The notes: a model not told the origin generated them from the letters alone. A DNA stretch of 64,000 bases from Candidatus Bathyarchaeia archaeon (GCA_038883655.1 JAVZLQ010000003.1:192001-256000); one strand, 5' to 3'; counted from the stretch's first letter, positions 39,586 to 50,110 are shown. Made by a program: numbers and translations.

Positions 39586-40173
39586 GTGGAATTAAAAATG
39601 GCCTATGTTGAAAAGAAAACACTTTACTTCAAAGAGGCAGGGGCAAAAAACACAGATGCTTTGCTGGAATTTGTTAAAGCGTATGTGAAGCGGGAAGACA
39701 TAAAGGACATAGTTGTAGCCTCAACAACAGGTGAAACTGGAGCGAGAGCAGCCAAAATCTTCAAGGGATACAATCTAGTTGTGGTTACGCATCATTTTGG
39801 TTTCCGAGAACCAGGAAAAACAGAACTACAAGAGGAATTCGAAAGGGAAATAACAGCTAACGGTGCAAAGATTTTCACAGGCATTCATGCGCTAAGCGGT
39901 GTGGAACGCGCAATACGTAGGGATTTTGGAACACTTGCACCCTTAGAGCTCATCGCCAACGTGCTTAGGCTAATGGGGGAGGGAACGAAAGTTTGTGTGG
40001 AAATAACATTAATGGCAGCAGATGCTGGCTTAATACCCGTTGACAGAGACATCGTTGCAATCGCTGGAACTGGCAAAGGCGTAGACACCGCATTACGCAT
40101 AAAACCAGCTAATACGGCAAGGTTCTTTGATTTAAAAATTAGGGAGGTAATAGCAAAACCACAAAATTTTTGA
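39586..40173 (+). CDS. Stand-alone pyruvate kinase C-terminal alpha/beta domain protein
   Basis: YF..AG.KNT, VVASTTGETG, VVTH..GF, HALSGVER, GTKVCVEI..MAADAG, GTGKGVDTA. Confidence 0.85.
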   Translation: MELKMAYVEKKTLYFKEAGAKNTDALLEFVKAYVKREDIKDIVVASTTGETGARAAKIFKGYNLVVVTHHFGFREPGKTELQEEFEREITANGAKIFTGIHALSGVERAIRRDFGTLAPLELIANVLRLMGEGTKVCVEITLMAADAGLIPVDRDIVAIAGTGKGVDTALRIKPANTARFFDLKIREVIAKPQNF

Positions 40174-40259
40174 ATTCATATATGAAAAACGCATTTGCTC
40201 ATAATTTTTGTTTATTAGCAACACAATAATAAAAGTCGGAAATACATTGAGAGGACAAC

Positions 40260-41564
40260 GTGCCAATGAATCTTGGAGAGAGAATTAAGGAAGAGTTTTC
40301 CTTTGTTAAGGGAAACTATCTAATATTAATAATAAGTTGGATTTTGATGGATTTTGCTTCAGAGCTGCCTGGCACGTATTACTCGGACTACGTAATTCAG
40401 CTTGGAGGAAGCCCAACGGTTCTAGGTTTAATAACGTTCGCTTCCTTTCTAACATTAGCAGTCGTCCAGTTTCCGGGCGGATATTTCGCAGATAAGTATG
40501 GAAGACGCAAGCTGATATCGACCTTAACCTTTGGAGTTGCACTTTCCTTTGTCTTTTACGCCGTTGCACCTAGTTGGCATTTTATTTTAGTTGGGGCGGT
40601 TATAGCGAACCTATGCCTACTCTATCAGCCCGCTTTAAACGCAATGATGGCTGATTCCGTCCCAAGAGAAAAGCGAGGAATAGGATTCGCCATTCTAAAT
40701 TTGATAATGAGCGTTTCAACTACTCCTGCTCCAGCAGTGGCTTTAGCCCTGGTGGCTAATTTTGGTTCGATTATGGGGATGCGCGTAGCTTACACCACAG
40801 TTACTGTTTTTTATTTGGCAGCTGCAATTGTGCGTTTAAAGTTAAGGGAAAGTTTAGCAGACGCTGAAAAAATGGATGTAAAAGAAGCTTTACGTTCTTA
40901 CCCAACGGCATTAAGAGAAGGAATAAAAGTCTGGCAAAAAGTGCCAAAATCAATGTTGTTTTTATTTTTATCCGAATTGATTATACGGTTATCTTCTGCA
41001 ATGACCCAGACGCTATTTCTGGTTTACACTTTTAACGTTCTCCAAATAGGAGGAACACCACACCCAGAATTGTATCCTCCAGCTTCAGACCCGGCACTTC
41101 AACTGGCACGCATAAGATGGGGTTATGTAATGATAACCTTGTTCATTTGCATGATCATTCTTGCCTTTCCCTCCGGAAAACTTCTCGACAAAGTTGGACG
41201 CAAAAAACCATTGATTCTATCACATGTTCTAAGCATTCCAGCAATTCTACTCTTTATCTTTGGAAACTATTACACTATTTTCATTGCCATGCCACTCGTT
41301 GGATTTAGCATGCTTCTCGGCTTTTCATCTTACCAAAGTCTCTTCGCCGATCTCGTACCTCAGGCACAGCGTGGAAAGATAACTGGTTCTATGAATTTTT
41401 TCTCTTATATATGTATGGCATTAGGCGGAGCAATAGGCGGACTACTGTATGACTCCATCTCTCCAATGCTTCCATTTATATTGATGGCAATTCTTGCTAT
41501 TCCATCCACAGCCTTAATTATATTTCGTGTACGCGAACCTAAACCGGAGGAAAGAGAAGTTTAA
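40260..41564 (+). CDS. MFS transporter
   Basis: About 12 TM helices; motif A in both halves (GYFADKYGRRK, GKLLDKVGRKK). Confidence 0.92.
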   Translation: MPMNLGERIKEEFSFVKGNYLILIISWILMDFASELPGTYYSDYVIQLGGSPTVLGLITFASFLTLAVVQFPGGYFADKYGRRKLISTLTFGVALSFVFYAVAPSWHFILVGAVIANLCLLYQPALNAMMADSVPREKRGIGFAILNLIMSVSTTPAPAVALALVANFGSIMGMRVAYTTVTVFYLAAAIVRLKLRESLADAEKMDVKEALRSYPTALREGIKVWQKVPKSMLFLFLSELIIRLSSAMTQTLFLVYTFNVLQIGGTPHPELYPPASDPALQLARIRWGYVMITLFICMIILAFPSGKLLDKVGRKKPLILSHVLSIPAILLFIFGNYYTIFIAMPLVGFSMLLGFSSYQSLFADLVPQAQRGKITGSMNFFSYICMALGGAIGGLLYDSISPMLPFILMAILAIPSTALIIFRVREPKPEEREV

Positions 41565-41599
41565 TTTTATTCTTGTATAAATCAGTGAACGTGAGAAAA

Positions 41600-42370
41600 A
41601 TGAAGGTTGATGAGAAACAAATTCAAAATATGGTAAAGGAATGGTTTGCAAGGATGGCGCGCCAAGAGTGGCGCCGTTTACAGGGATCCATATCATCAAA
41701 TAGAGTTTAATGTTACCATGCATCTCCTTAAGAAATATCTGCCCAAAGAAGGTTTAGTGTTAGATGCTGGCGGAGGCCCCGGCAGATACACAATCGAACT
41801 AGCAAAACAAGGATAATAGTGTATTTTTATTAGATATTGTTCTAGAGATGCTTAAACTCGCTAAAGGACATGTGAAAAGGACAGGAGTGCAGGATAGGGT
41901 TAAAACAGTTCGTTGATGGTTCTGTTGATGACTTATCCATGTTTGATGATGAAACTTTTGATGCTGTTCTTTGTTTGGGAGCTTTGGGGCATATACTAAC
42001 GCAAAGAGAAGGGAAAAGGCATCCATGGAACTTATCGTGTTGCAAAAAGTGGCGCACCAATCTTTGTTTCCGTCATTAGCCGCATCGGATTACTCAAATC
42101 TATACTCATAAAATTTCCACATGAAATGCAATGTGCAGAACATCACTGGGAAGTCGGCGACTACGTTCCTGGATGCAAGAAAAGGCTTTACCGTCGCGCA
42201 CTGACTTTTACAGAGGAGTTATGTGATCTCCATATCATGAAAAAGAAACTAATAGGCTTTTTAAGGATCAAGAAAATGGAAAATTGGATGGACATTTTGC
42301 TTAAACTTGTACTCATCCATCAGTTGTTGGAAGCTCCGAACATTTTCTATTAGTGTGCAGAAAAAGTCTT
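41600..42370 (+). pseudogene. Disrupted class I SAM-dependent methyltransferase
   Basis: Fragments in different frames: MKVDEKQIQ..EWRRLQ / DPYHQIEF..VLDAGGGPGRYTIELAKQG* / VFLLDI..DRVK / FVDGSVDDLSMFDDETFDAVLCLG..; several frameshifts and stops; 3' end approximate. Confidence 0.85.
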
Positions 42371-42797
42371 AAACTTCTTCGCTTTCTCTTTTGCTAAAAT
42401 ATATTATGTCACGATGCTCCACATAGCCAAGTTTCTTGAAAAGCCTTTTCGACGCAATATTGTAATCTTCAATCAAAGCGCAGATAATTTTGATTCCACG
42501 TTTCCGAAGCACCTTCTCAGATTCAACAATTAAAACCTGCGCAATACCACGAAATCTATACTCTGGGTCGACGGCTAAACGATTTATCCAACCCTTCCTT
42601 AAATCACAGCTTATTATGACTACGCCAACCAGTTTGTCACCTTCATAGGCCCCTAAGAAAAAATTAGGGTTAGCTTTCATCTGTGCGGCAATCGCTTCCT
42701 TGCTGTCTCTTCCTTTTGGCTTGTATGGTAGTTTTGCCCTTGACCAGAGTTTTACTATTTCCTCATAATCCTTTATTGTAAGCCTTCGGATTTCCAT
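42369..42797 (-). CDS. GNAT family N-acetyltransferase
   Basis: GWINRLAVDPEYRFRGIA (motif A), N.AS..LFKKLGY. Confidence 0.9.
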   Translation of the reverse strand: MEIRRLTIKDYEEIVKLWSRAKLPYKPKGRDSKEAIAAQMKANPNFFLGAYEGDKLVGVVIISCDLRKGWINRLAVDPEYRFRGIAQVLIVESEKVLRKRGIKIICALIEDYNIASKRLFKKLGYVEHRDIIYFSKRESEEV

Positions 42798-42809
42798 GTA
42801 CGCACAACT

Positions 42810-44147
42810 TTACCCTTCTTTCTCTACCTCTTTGACATTGTCTTCTATTATGTCCATTGCCGCGTCAACAAGTTCCCTTGTAATGTTTAGTGGAGGAGCC
42901 ACCCTAATCGTAGAAACTCCGCATGTGATTACTGCAACTCCGCGTTTCCATGAACGCATCATAATTTCAGAGGCTTTCTTTGAAGATGGCTTTTTGTTCT
43001 CCTTGCTTTCCACAATTTCCATGCCTATCATTAAGCCCTTCCCTCTAACATCGCCAACAATCTCGCTTCTTTCTTTGAGCTCCTCAAGCCTCTTCGTTAT
43101 ATATGCGCCTTGTTTTGTTGCATTTTCCAAAAGTTTCTCTTCCTTAATCACGTCGATAACGGCGCTAGCTGCAACACACGATAACGGATTGCCGCCGAAA
43201 GTACTTGCATGGGAACCACCAACCCAATCCATTATTTTTTCCTTTGCAATTGTCGCACCCAAAGGCAGTCCGGAAGCCAATGCCTTCGCGCTGCACAAAA
43301 TGTCAGGTTCGACGTTCCAGTGTTCGATTGCGAACCATTTGCCAGTTCTACCCATGCCAGATTGAACTTCATCATCAATTAGTAAAATGCCATACTTGTC
43401 CGCGAGCTTCTTTAATCGCTGGAAGTATTCTGGTGGTGGAACAACGTACCCGCCTTCACCTTGAATCGGCTCAAACATTATCGCTGCAACTTCTTCTGGC
43501 GGCACATACTTTTGTAGAACAAGTTCATCTATGAAATCCACACACCAGTAATGACATTCTGGATGCGATAACTTGAAGGGACAACGGTAACAGTATGGAT
43601 AGGGTACATGAGTCACGCCCGGTACCATTGGAAAGAAATAGCGTCTCTGTGGAAGTTTGCTGGCGGTGAAGGATAAAGCGCCCATGGTGCGCCCATGAAA
43701 CGCGCCAATAAAACCTATGAACAGTGGTTTGCGCGTATGCCATTTCGCAAGTTTAATAGCCGCTTCAATTGCCTCTGTTCCACTATTTCCAAAAAAGATT
43801 TTTTTGTTAAAGTTGCCAGGCGTGATGCTGGCAAGTTTTTCTGCTAGATCTACGACTTCGCTGTAATAAAAGTCTGTGTTTGAATAGTGTAAAAATCGGT
43901 CACATTGGTTTTTGATTGCTGAAATCACTTTAGGATGATTATGTCCAACATTGAGGCAAGCAAGTCCAGAGTTGAAGTCTATGTATTCGTTTCCATCAAC
44001 ATCTCTTACCGTGCATCCCTTTCCAGATTCAACCACAAGCGGGTAAAACCGCACATAAGAAGGCGAAATGAAACGCTCGTCCCTTTTCAATAGTTCTCTT
44101 GCTTTTGGTCCCGGTGGTGTAACAACAATTTTTGGATACGAGTTCAT
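42810..44147 (-). CDS. Class III PLP aminotransferase (acetylornithine/4-aminobutyrate type)
   Basis: NSGTEA, FHGRT, EPIQGEGG, DEVQSGMGRTG, SAKALASG, STFGGNP. Confidence 0.92.
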   Translation of the reverse strand: MNSYPKIVVTPPGPKARELLKRDERFISPSYVRFYPLVVESGKGCTVRDVDGNEYIDFNSGLACLNVGHNHPKVISAIKNQCDRFLHYSNTDFYYSEVVDLAEKLASITPGNFNKKIFFGNSGTEAIEAAIKLAKWHTRKPLFIGFIGAFHGRTMGALSFTASKLPQRRYFFPMVPGVTHVPYPYCYRCPFKLSHPECHYWCVDFIDELVLQKYVPPEEVAAIMFEPIQGEGGYVVPPPEYFQRLKKLADKYGILLIDDEVQSGMGRTGKWFAIEHWNVEPDILCSAKALASGLPLGATIAKEKIMDWVGGSHASTFGGNPLSCVAASAVIDVIKEEKLLENATKQGAYITKRLEELKERSEIVGDVRGKGLMIGMEIVESKENKKPSSKKASEIMMRSWKRGVAVITCGVSTIRVAPPLNITRELVDAAMDIIEDNVKEVEKEG

Positions 44148-44299
44148 CTCAATTCCTCGCGGGATTCACTACTAGAAAATTAGCTTTTATATATAATTAC
44201 CTATAAAGTTTCAGCAAAAGGCATAATGAAATTTAAAGAAATGGATTATACACTAACCAATGTTTGCTAGTAATTGCTAAAGTCTTTATCGTTACACTT

Positions 44300-44635
44300 T
44301 TATGGTCTGGCTACGGTAATCTCGATCGCTGATACGTTTGCCTTTTGTCCTTCGGCTCTAGTTACTTCTTCGGTTGTTATATTAATGCCTTGAAGCTGTA
44401 AGTCTTTAACGAATGCTCTCCTCAGCAGCTCTACAGTGTCGACAGCTCGGCTGATTGCACGTCCCCTGGCTTTGACTGTTAGTTTTTTGGCGCCAGAGTT
44501 GAAGAAAGTGAGACAGGCAACTACATAGTTCATTATTGGTTTTTTGCCGATTAACACGACGTTTTCGTTTGTCTGTACAGCCTTTGTGTTTTTTGCTTTT
44601 TCTGTAGTTTGCTTCTTCTGTTTCTCTTCCGCCAT
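44300..44635 (-). CDS. albA: Chromatin protein Alba
   Basis: VLIGKKPIMNYV, KARGRAISRAVD, NVSAIEI. Confidence 0.96.
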   Translation of the reverse strand: MAEEKQKKQTTEKAKNTKAVQTNENVVLIGKKPIMNYVVACLTFFNSGAKKLTVKARGRAISRAVDTVELLRRAFVKDLQLQGINITTEEVTRAEGQKANVSAIEITVARP

Positions 44636-44705
44636 TTTACATCATCCTTCCTTCTGCGTTGACGATGTTTTGCGATGGTGGATTATATCATAAACACGGA
44701 GACTC

Positions 44706-45632
44706 TTATATTTTTCCGTATGGTGTAGAATCAGACGTACTGTTTGCCACCATTTTACGGTAGTACTCCCAGTCTTCATCAACCCACTTCTGGATTCTCT
44801 CAATATCCTCTTCCTTCAAATTGCGAAATCTGCCCTGTAAGGCAAGGTATTCTTTTACTGGTTTACGCTTAGATTTGTCAAGCAGCCTATCACTTGGAGG
44901 ATTAAGTTTAAAACTTCCATACTCGATTTCAAATAGTGCCCACATTCCCGTGAGAACGGCAAGCCTTCCCATTTCAACAGTTTTGCTTGAATCATAGCGC
45001 CAACCAGTAGGACATGGCGCAAGTATGTGAATGTATTTTGTACCTTTAATTTCCTTTGCCTTTCTGAGCTTATTAATAAGGTCTAGCGGGTAAGAAGGAC
45101 ATGCCGTCGCAACATAAGGTATCCTGTGGGCAGCCATAATTAACGCCATATCCTTTTTCCGTTCCCTCTTTCCAGAAGGCGTGGTTGTTGTCCAAGCGCC
45201 ATAAGGGGTTGCTCCACTACGTTGCATCCCGGTGTTACCATAGGCTTCATTATCATAGCATATGTAAATGAAGTTTGTTTCTCTTTCCGCCGCGCCAGAT
45301 AACGCTTGAATTCCAATATCGACGGTCCCACCATCTCCGGCCCAACCAACAACAGTAATGTCTTCGAGCTTTCTTTGCCGTAGAGCCGCAATTATCCCAG
45401 AGGCTGCAGCAGCCGTAGACTCGAACAGTATGTTTTGTAAAGGAACATTAATGGATGTATATGGATATGGTCCTTGAATAACTGTCGTGCAGCACGCTGG
45501 AACAACTAGGATAACTTTGTTCCCAAGCGCCTTGAAAAGTAGCCGAAGCGAAATTGACGGGCCACATCCTGCACAAGCTGCATGCCCCTTAAGCAAGTAT
45601 TCTTCTTTTGAGAGCTCTTTTATTGTGACCAC
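44706..45632 (-). CDS. porB: Pyruvate/2-oxoacid:ferredoxin oxidoreductase beta subunit
   Basis: GHAACAGCG, TPP motif GDGG..DNEAYGNTG.Q.S, PCPTGW. Confidence 0.92.
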   Translation of the reverse strand: MVTIKELSKEEYLLKGHAACAGCGPSISLRLLFKALGNKVILVVPACCTTVIQGPYPYTSINVPLQNILFESTAAAASGIIAALRQRKLEDITVVGWAGDGGTVDIGIQALSGAAERETNFIYICYDNEAYGNTGMQRSGATPYGAWTTTTPSGKRERKKDMALIMAAHRIPYVATACPSYPLDLINKLRKAKEIKGTKYIHILAPCPTGWRYDSSKTVEMGRLAVLTGMWALFEIEYGSFKLNPPSDRLLDKSKRKPVKEYLALQGRFRNLKEEDIERIQKWVDEDWEYYRKMVANSTSDSTPYGKI

Positions 45633-45638
45633 CGTTTT

Positions 45639-46817
45639 TCACTCCCTCAAATCAACCCATTCAGTTTCTTTTTCCATTTTGCCATCACGCATCCACTTCA
45701 TCGCTTTTTTAATAACCTTCTCAATTGTTTTGTATGTTACGTCTCTCCCACCCAGACCAGCAATGAAACCGGCAACTGGTGGATGGTCTTTTTGGTTTAA
45801 GATTGATGCTTTAATTTCTGTTGCCAGGAAGCCTTCCATTCCGAAGGATATGTGACGATCTATTGTTACAAGCATCTGCGCTTGCCTTGAAAGCCTTATG
45901 ACCTCTTCAATTGGGAAAGGGCGATAAACACGGATTCTTGCCGCTCCAACTTTCAGCCCTTCATTACGTAAATGGTCCACAGCGATTTTTGCTTCGCTCC
46001 CCATTGTTCCCATGGTGAAGAGGATTAAGTCGGCATCTTCACAAAGGTATTTTTCGATTAGTCCGCCATAACGAAAACCGAAACGTTTGGCGTATTCTTC
46101 GTCAATTTTTGGGATAAGCTTTTTTGCGTTTTCCATTGCCTCCTGAATCATGTAACGGAATTCCATGTACCATTCAGGTGAAACCAGATTTGCATGTGAA
46201 ATTGGGTTGTTAACATCTAGCGTCCAGCCAGACTTGTAAGGTGGTAGAAAATCATCAATTTCCTTTTGATCTGGGATTTTTACGGGCATGTATGTGTGTG
46301 AAAGGATAAAGCCTTCAAGGCAAATCATAGCTGGCAGGAAAACGTGCTCATCTTCACAAAGCCTGTACGCTTGAATTATTGTATCAAAAACCTCTTGGTT
46401 GTCAGCACAGTAAAACTGTATCCAACCAGTATCACGCTGAGAAAGGGAGTCGCTAAAGTCAGGCCAGATGCTCCATGGCGCGCCCATCGCACGATTAACA
46501 ACAGCCATAACCACTGGTAGGCGTGAACCGGAAGCCCAATGTAAAGCTTCATGCATTAACGCCAGCCCATGGGCAGATGTTGCAGTAAAAGTTCGTACGC
46601 CAGCAGCGGCTGCGGCTATGCACGCGACCATAGCGCTGTGTTCGGACTCAACGCGGATGTATTCCGCGTCCATCTCCCCGCTTTCAACGAATTCTGCGAT
46701 TTTCTCAACAACTGTTGTCTGCGGTGTTATGGGATAGGCAGCAACTACTTTGACGCGCGCTGCTTTCGCAGCGTAGCCAGCAATATGATTTGCCGTGTCA
46801 ATTAGCATTTGCGCCAT
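45639..46817 (-). CDS. porA: Pyruvate/2-oxoacid:ferredoxin oxidoreductase alpha subunit
   Basis: AYPITPQT, VESEHSA, TATSAHGL, RPFP, GLGGRD; start reset to 46817. Confidence 0.92.
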   Translation of the reverse strand: MAQMLIDTANHIAGYAAKAARVKVVAAYPITPQTTVVEKIAEFVESGEMDAEYIRVESEHSAMVACIAAAAAGVRTFTATSAHGLALMHEALHWASGSRLPVVMAVVNRAMGAPWSIWPDFSDSLSQRDTGWIQFYCADNQEVFDTIIQAYRLCEDEHVFLPAMICLEGFILSHTYMPVKIPDQKEIDDFLPPYKSGWTLDVNNPISHANLVSPEWYMEFRYMIQEAMENAKKLIPKIDEEYAKRFGFRYGGLIEKYLCEDADLILFTMGTMGSEAKIAVDHLRNEGLKVGAARIRVYRPFPIEEVIRLSRQAQMLVTIDRHISFGMEGFLATEIKASILNQKDHPPVAGFIAGLGGRDVTYKTIEKVIKKAMKWMRDGKMEKETEWVDLRE

Positions 46818-46819
46818 CT

Positions 46820-47104
46820 TTATACCTCCTCCCTCTGCATTGTTATCGCTTTTACTGGGCATTCATTAGCGCATATTCCACAGCCCTTGCAGTAATCATA
46901 ATCTATTACCGGAGTATCATCATCCTGTCGCGATATGGCTGCGTCTGGACAATAAATCCAACAAAGTGCACAGCGTGTACACTTAGCGTAGTCAATTTTT
47001 GGGCGAAACGTTCTCCAAGACCCGGTTTTTCCCATGCTGCCCACAGTGGGGATTGATAAGGGTGTCAAAGGCATTTCTTTCATGGTTTTAGGAATTCTAT
47101 ACAT
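46820..47104 (-). CDS. porD: 2-oxoacid:ferredoxin oxidoreductase delta subunit (2x[4Fe-4S])
   Basis: KTGSWRTFRP, CTRCALCWIYCP, CKGCGICANECP. Confidence 0.93.
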   Translation of the reverse strand: MYRIPKTMKEMPLTPLSIPTVGSMGKTGSWRTFRPKIDYAKCTRCALCWIYCPDAAISRQDDDTPVIDYDYCKGCGICANECPVKAITMQREEV

Positions 47105-47110
47105 GTGATT

Positions 47111-47668
47111 TCACCATCCTTTTATGAGGCGGTTATAGGCAAGTTCTGCTGCTTGCGCGTTCTTTTCGCCAGCAGCCCCAGTCCACGTCTCTTTTATAAC
47201 TTTTAAGATACTTTGCAGTTTAACTTCACCAGTCGCCCTCGCAAATGCTCCCACAATTGCGGAATTAACAACTGGTAGCCCGGCAACAAGAAGGTTTAAT
47301 TCCAGCGCAATGCCAGTTGCATCAACTGTTGCCATTCGCCAGCCTTTAATTTCTACTTCCTCTGGTTTTTTTGTGGTGTTCATTACGATTATCCCGTCTT
47401 TTTTCAGTCCTTCTGTTATGTCGACAAACTTGTGGATTGCTGGGTCAAGTACGATAACGTAGTCTGGATTGTAAATTTGACTATGAATAAGTATCGGCTC
47501 GTCACTTATTCTTGCAAATGCCTTGACTGGGGCGCCGCGTCTTTCAGCGCCGAAATATGGGAAAGCTTGAACCCATTTCCCTTCAACAAAAGCCGCATGT
47601 GCCAACAACTCCGCAGCAGTAACGCCTCCTTGCCCACCTCGCCCATGAATACGTATTTCTTTGAGCAA
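47111..47668 (-). CDS. porG: 2-oxoacid:ferredoxin oxidoreductase gamma subunit
   Basis: EIRIHGRGGQG, FGAERRGAPV. Confidence 0.93.
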   Translation of the reverse strand: MLKEIRIHGRGGQGGVTAAELLAHAAFVEGKWVQAFPYFGAERRGAPVKAFARISDEPILIHSQIYNPDYVIVLDPAIHKFVDITEGLKKDGIIVMNTTKKPEEVEIKGWRMATVDATGIALELNLLVAGLPVVNSAIVGAFARATGEVKLQSILKVIKETWTGAAGEKNAQAAELAYNRLIKGW

Positions 47669-47726
47669 CGCCTCTCCCTTCTATTTGAGAGTGAAATTGG
47701 ACTGCTTCGCTCTTATTAGTGTTAGC

Positions 47727-49553
47727 TTAAACTAGCGCCAAAATTAACATAAGAAGCGCGCCGCTAGTTGCAAAAATTGGAATCACCACGGCTTTTGCTC
47801 TTTTAAGGGTCTTATCTATTAAAAGGCACAGCTTTGCTAGCGAGCTTTCCCCAATAACTCTGATATCAGAAACAGTTATTGCACGGGAAGCAACGGTGGC
47901 ACGTTCCATGTTGCCTAAGGCTTTTTTTGTTGCTTCTGTTATGTATGCAATTAGCTTTTCGTGGTCTATAACTTCGCCCACTGGGTGGTAACCGCGTTCA
48001 TTTAAGACTATAGCGTTTACAGAGTGTGTGTCAGTTGTGAAAACTTCGCTTTCGTCAACACCGATTAAACGAAGCGCAGAAAGTATTTTTTCTCGCAACC
48101 CAGAGATCATATTATTACCGTCGATAACCACATAAGCGGTTTTCTGTTTGCCAACTCTAACGGTAACAACCGTGATGCCACCTTGCCCAATGCCATCCAT
48201 AAGGCTAAACTCGCTTGGAAAGACTGTGGCAGCGCCAACTTCAAAGGGTAAACGCTTCAAGGAAACGGCCTTTTCAAGGCAGGATGAAGCAACATTCTTC
48301 AGTGAAGCAACCATTTCGTCCATGTCCAACGTTCCATCAATGCTGTTGTGCGCATTAATAATAACACAGTGTTCTAGCCCTAGTTTTTTAGCCTCTTGGC
48401 GCACTATAGCACCCAATTCTTGGGGGAAATCTTCTGTTGTTTTTGGTGCAAGTGTGAAAGCAATAAAAGCCGTTTTCCCGAAAATTTGGCAACATGCAGT
48501 TGCTTTGTCATCGCTAACTTTGATAAACGGGGAAGCCCTGTCCTCAAATACGTTAAAGTGTACGTTTTCAGCTATGCTTCTTATCGTTTTTTCATTTTGA
48601 CGTTGAGAGGCTAGGTCAAACTCGTGACCGAGCAAGCCATGCGGAACGCAAACGGTGCACCCGAGCATTTCTTCCAAAGATTTCTTTATCATAAAGGGGA
48701 GAAGACTGCTTCCCACATTTTTGAAAGGTCCAGGGTGAACACAAGGCACAACCACAAGCGATTTAGGTTCTTTAGAGCGGAATTCGATTAAATCGACTTT
48801 GACATCCCGGTTTTCGCCTAGTTCCTCCAAGATTCTCTCAAATGGTTCGTTCAAATTTGTAATCCAATTAAGCAAAAAAGCCTTAAAAATCGATAAGCCC
48901 GAAAGCCCAATTACTTTAACTCCAACCTTGTTTATTAAATGGGTAAAGAGTATACTTGAAGTGATGCTGATTGCCACTGCTGGTACTAGAAAAATAATGG
49001 AAGGAAATAGTGTAGAAGCGTCTGTCAACGTCCATATCAACATAAATAGAAAGTAACACGAAAGTGGGTTAAGCAGCGATGCCATGAAAAGTTTCTTGGT
49101 GTTTGAGGGTGATGTGGAGAGAAGCACGGTTAGGCGAAACATCATTGCAGCAGAAAAACCTAAAAGGCATAGTTTAACTCCCCAAAGTTTACCCAAAAAA
49201 GGAGAGGACACGCTGCCGAGAAAGATGAAGAAAAGCCAGACGCCCCAACTGAATATGGATAACCCCGTTGTTCTCCTCACGTCATAGATAATGTCACCCC
49301 TTAAAATTAACGTACTATTGGCATAGTCAAAAATCATAGTCATAAAAAGCAACAAAGCACCCAGAAGCAAACCCCATAACAAGCTAACCGGGAAGGGGAA
49401 AAGGACTAAAGTGAAAAGTTTTCCTACAACAACGCATAATAAAGCCAGAATAAGAACCATCGTACTGTAAGCTGGAAGTTTGAATAGTGAGGAGTAATGT
49501 TTAACGGCGCCGTCCATGAAATTGTTGAGAGCTTGGAAGGATTTGCCCGCCAC
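47727..49553 (-). CDS. DUF2070 family membrane protein
   Basis: N-terminal TM bundle; HPGPF..VGSS, HEFD, NAHN, DGNN, TTDTH. Confidence 0.85.
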   Translation of the reverse strand: MAGKSFQALNNFMDGAVKHYSSLFKLPAYSTMVLILALLCVVVGKLFTLVLFPFPVSLLWGLLLGALLLFMTMIFDYANSTLILRGDIIYDVRRTTGLSIFSWGVWLFFIFLGSVSSPFLGKLWGVKLCLLGFSAAMMFRLTVLLSTSPSNTKKLFMASLLNPLSCYFLFMLIWTLTDASTLFPSIIFLVPAVAISITSSILFTHLINKVGVKVIGLSGLSIFKAFLLNWITNLNEPFERILEELGENRDVKVDLIEFRSKEPKSLVVVPCVHPGPFKNVGSSLLPFMIKKSLEEMLGCTVCVPHGLLGHEFDLASQRQNEKTIRSIAENVHFNVFEDRASPFIKVSDDKATACCQIFGKTAFIAFTLAPKTTEDFPQELGAIVRQEAKKLGLEHCVIINAHNSIDGTLDMDEMVASLKNVASSCLEKAVSLKRLPFEVGAATVFPSEFSLMDGIGQGGITVVTVRVGKQKTAYVVIDGNNMISGLREKILSALRLIGVDESEVFTTDTHSVNAIVLNERGYHPVGEVIDHEKLIAYITEATKKALGNMERATVASRAITVSDIRVIGESSLAKLCLLIDKTLKRAKAVVIPIFATSGALLMLILALV

Positions 49554-49814
49554 ATGTACCCTCTCGGTAAGTCTTCAATGAGAAGCTCACTCGCATATTA
49601 AAATGTCGCAAGTCTCTGCAGAAAGGATCCTAATGAAATTTAGGACAACCTCCTAAATAATCGGTAAAAGAGACGCAAGCCAATTTTACATAAAACTGGA
49701 AACAGAGAGGCAACGTTAAAGCATTACGGATGATTGTATACATTAAAAAGCCATGGTTTGCCGAAGAGCAACGGTTTTATCTTCAAAGCGACTACTATGC
49801 ATTTTGCGAACTGC

Positions 49815-50102
49815 ATGCCGGAACAAGAAATTCCGCCAACAATATTCCATATGCTCGAAAAGAATTTGGGTAAAAAAATACGTGTAATCTTAGACCCCTC
49901 CTATGGTTTTGAAGGGGTGCTCGCAGCGGTTACACGCGAGCCTTCTGGCATATGGCTCTCAGATGCAGAGGCCATAATACTGCGTTCAACAATCGCGCAA
50001 CCAATACCACAAGTTGCTGGTAGAGAGGAAAGAAGCGAGATATTTGTCCATTTAAACTCTGTTCAGAGAATAGAAGTTTTACACGCGCCTTCAAGGCGTT
50101 AG
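49815..50102 (+). CDS. Divergent Sm/LSm-fold protein
   Basis: L..NLGKKIRVIL....GFEGVL......IWLSDAE ... IFVHLNSVQRI resembles Sm1/Sm2 motifs; start at MPEQ inferred. Confidence 0.6.
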   Translation: MPEQEIPPTIFHMLEKNLGKKIRVILDPSYGFEGVLAAVTREPSGIWLSDAEAIILRSTIAQPIPQVAGREERSEIFVHLNSVQRIEVLHAPSRR

Positions 50103-50110
50103 ACAAAATG

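Noticed and set aside
41810-41822. In-frame TAA-TAG considered as stop-codon recoding
   Set aside because: Better explained by a 1-bp insertion in GGA TAT AGT GTA, and other frameshifts occur in the same pseudogene.
42369-44147. Ectoine operon (ectA/ectB)
   Set aside because: No ectC or aspartokinase nearby, and neither protein shows features specific to EctA or EctB.
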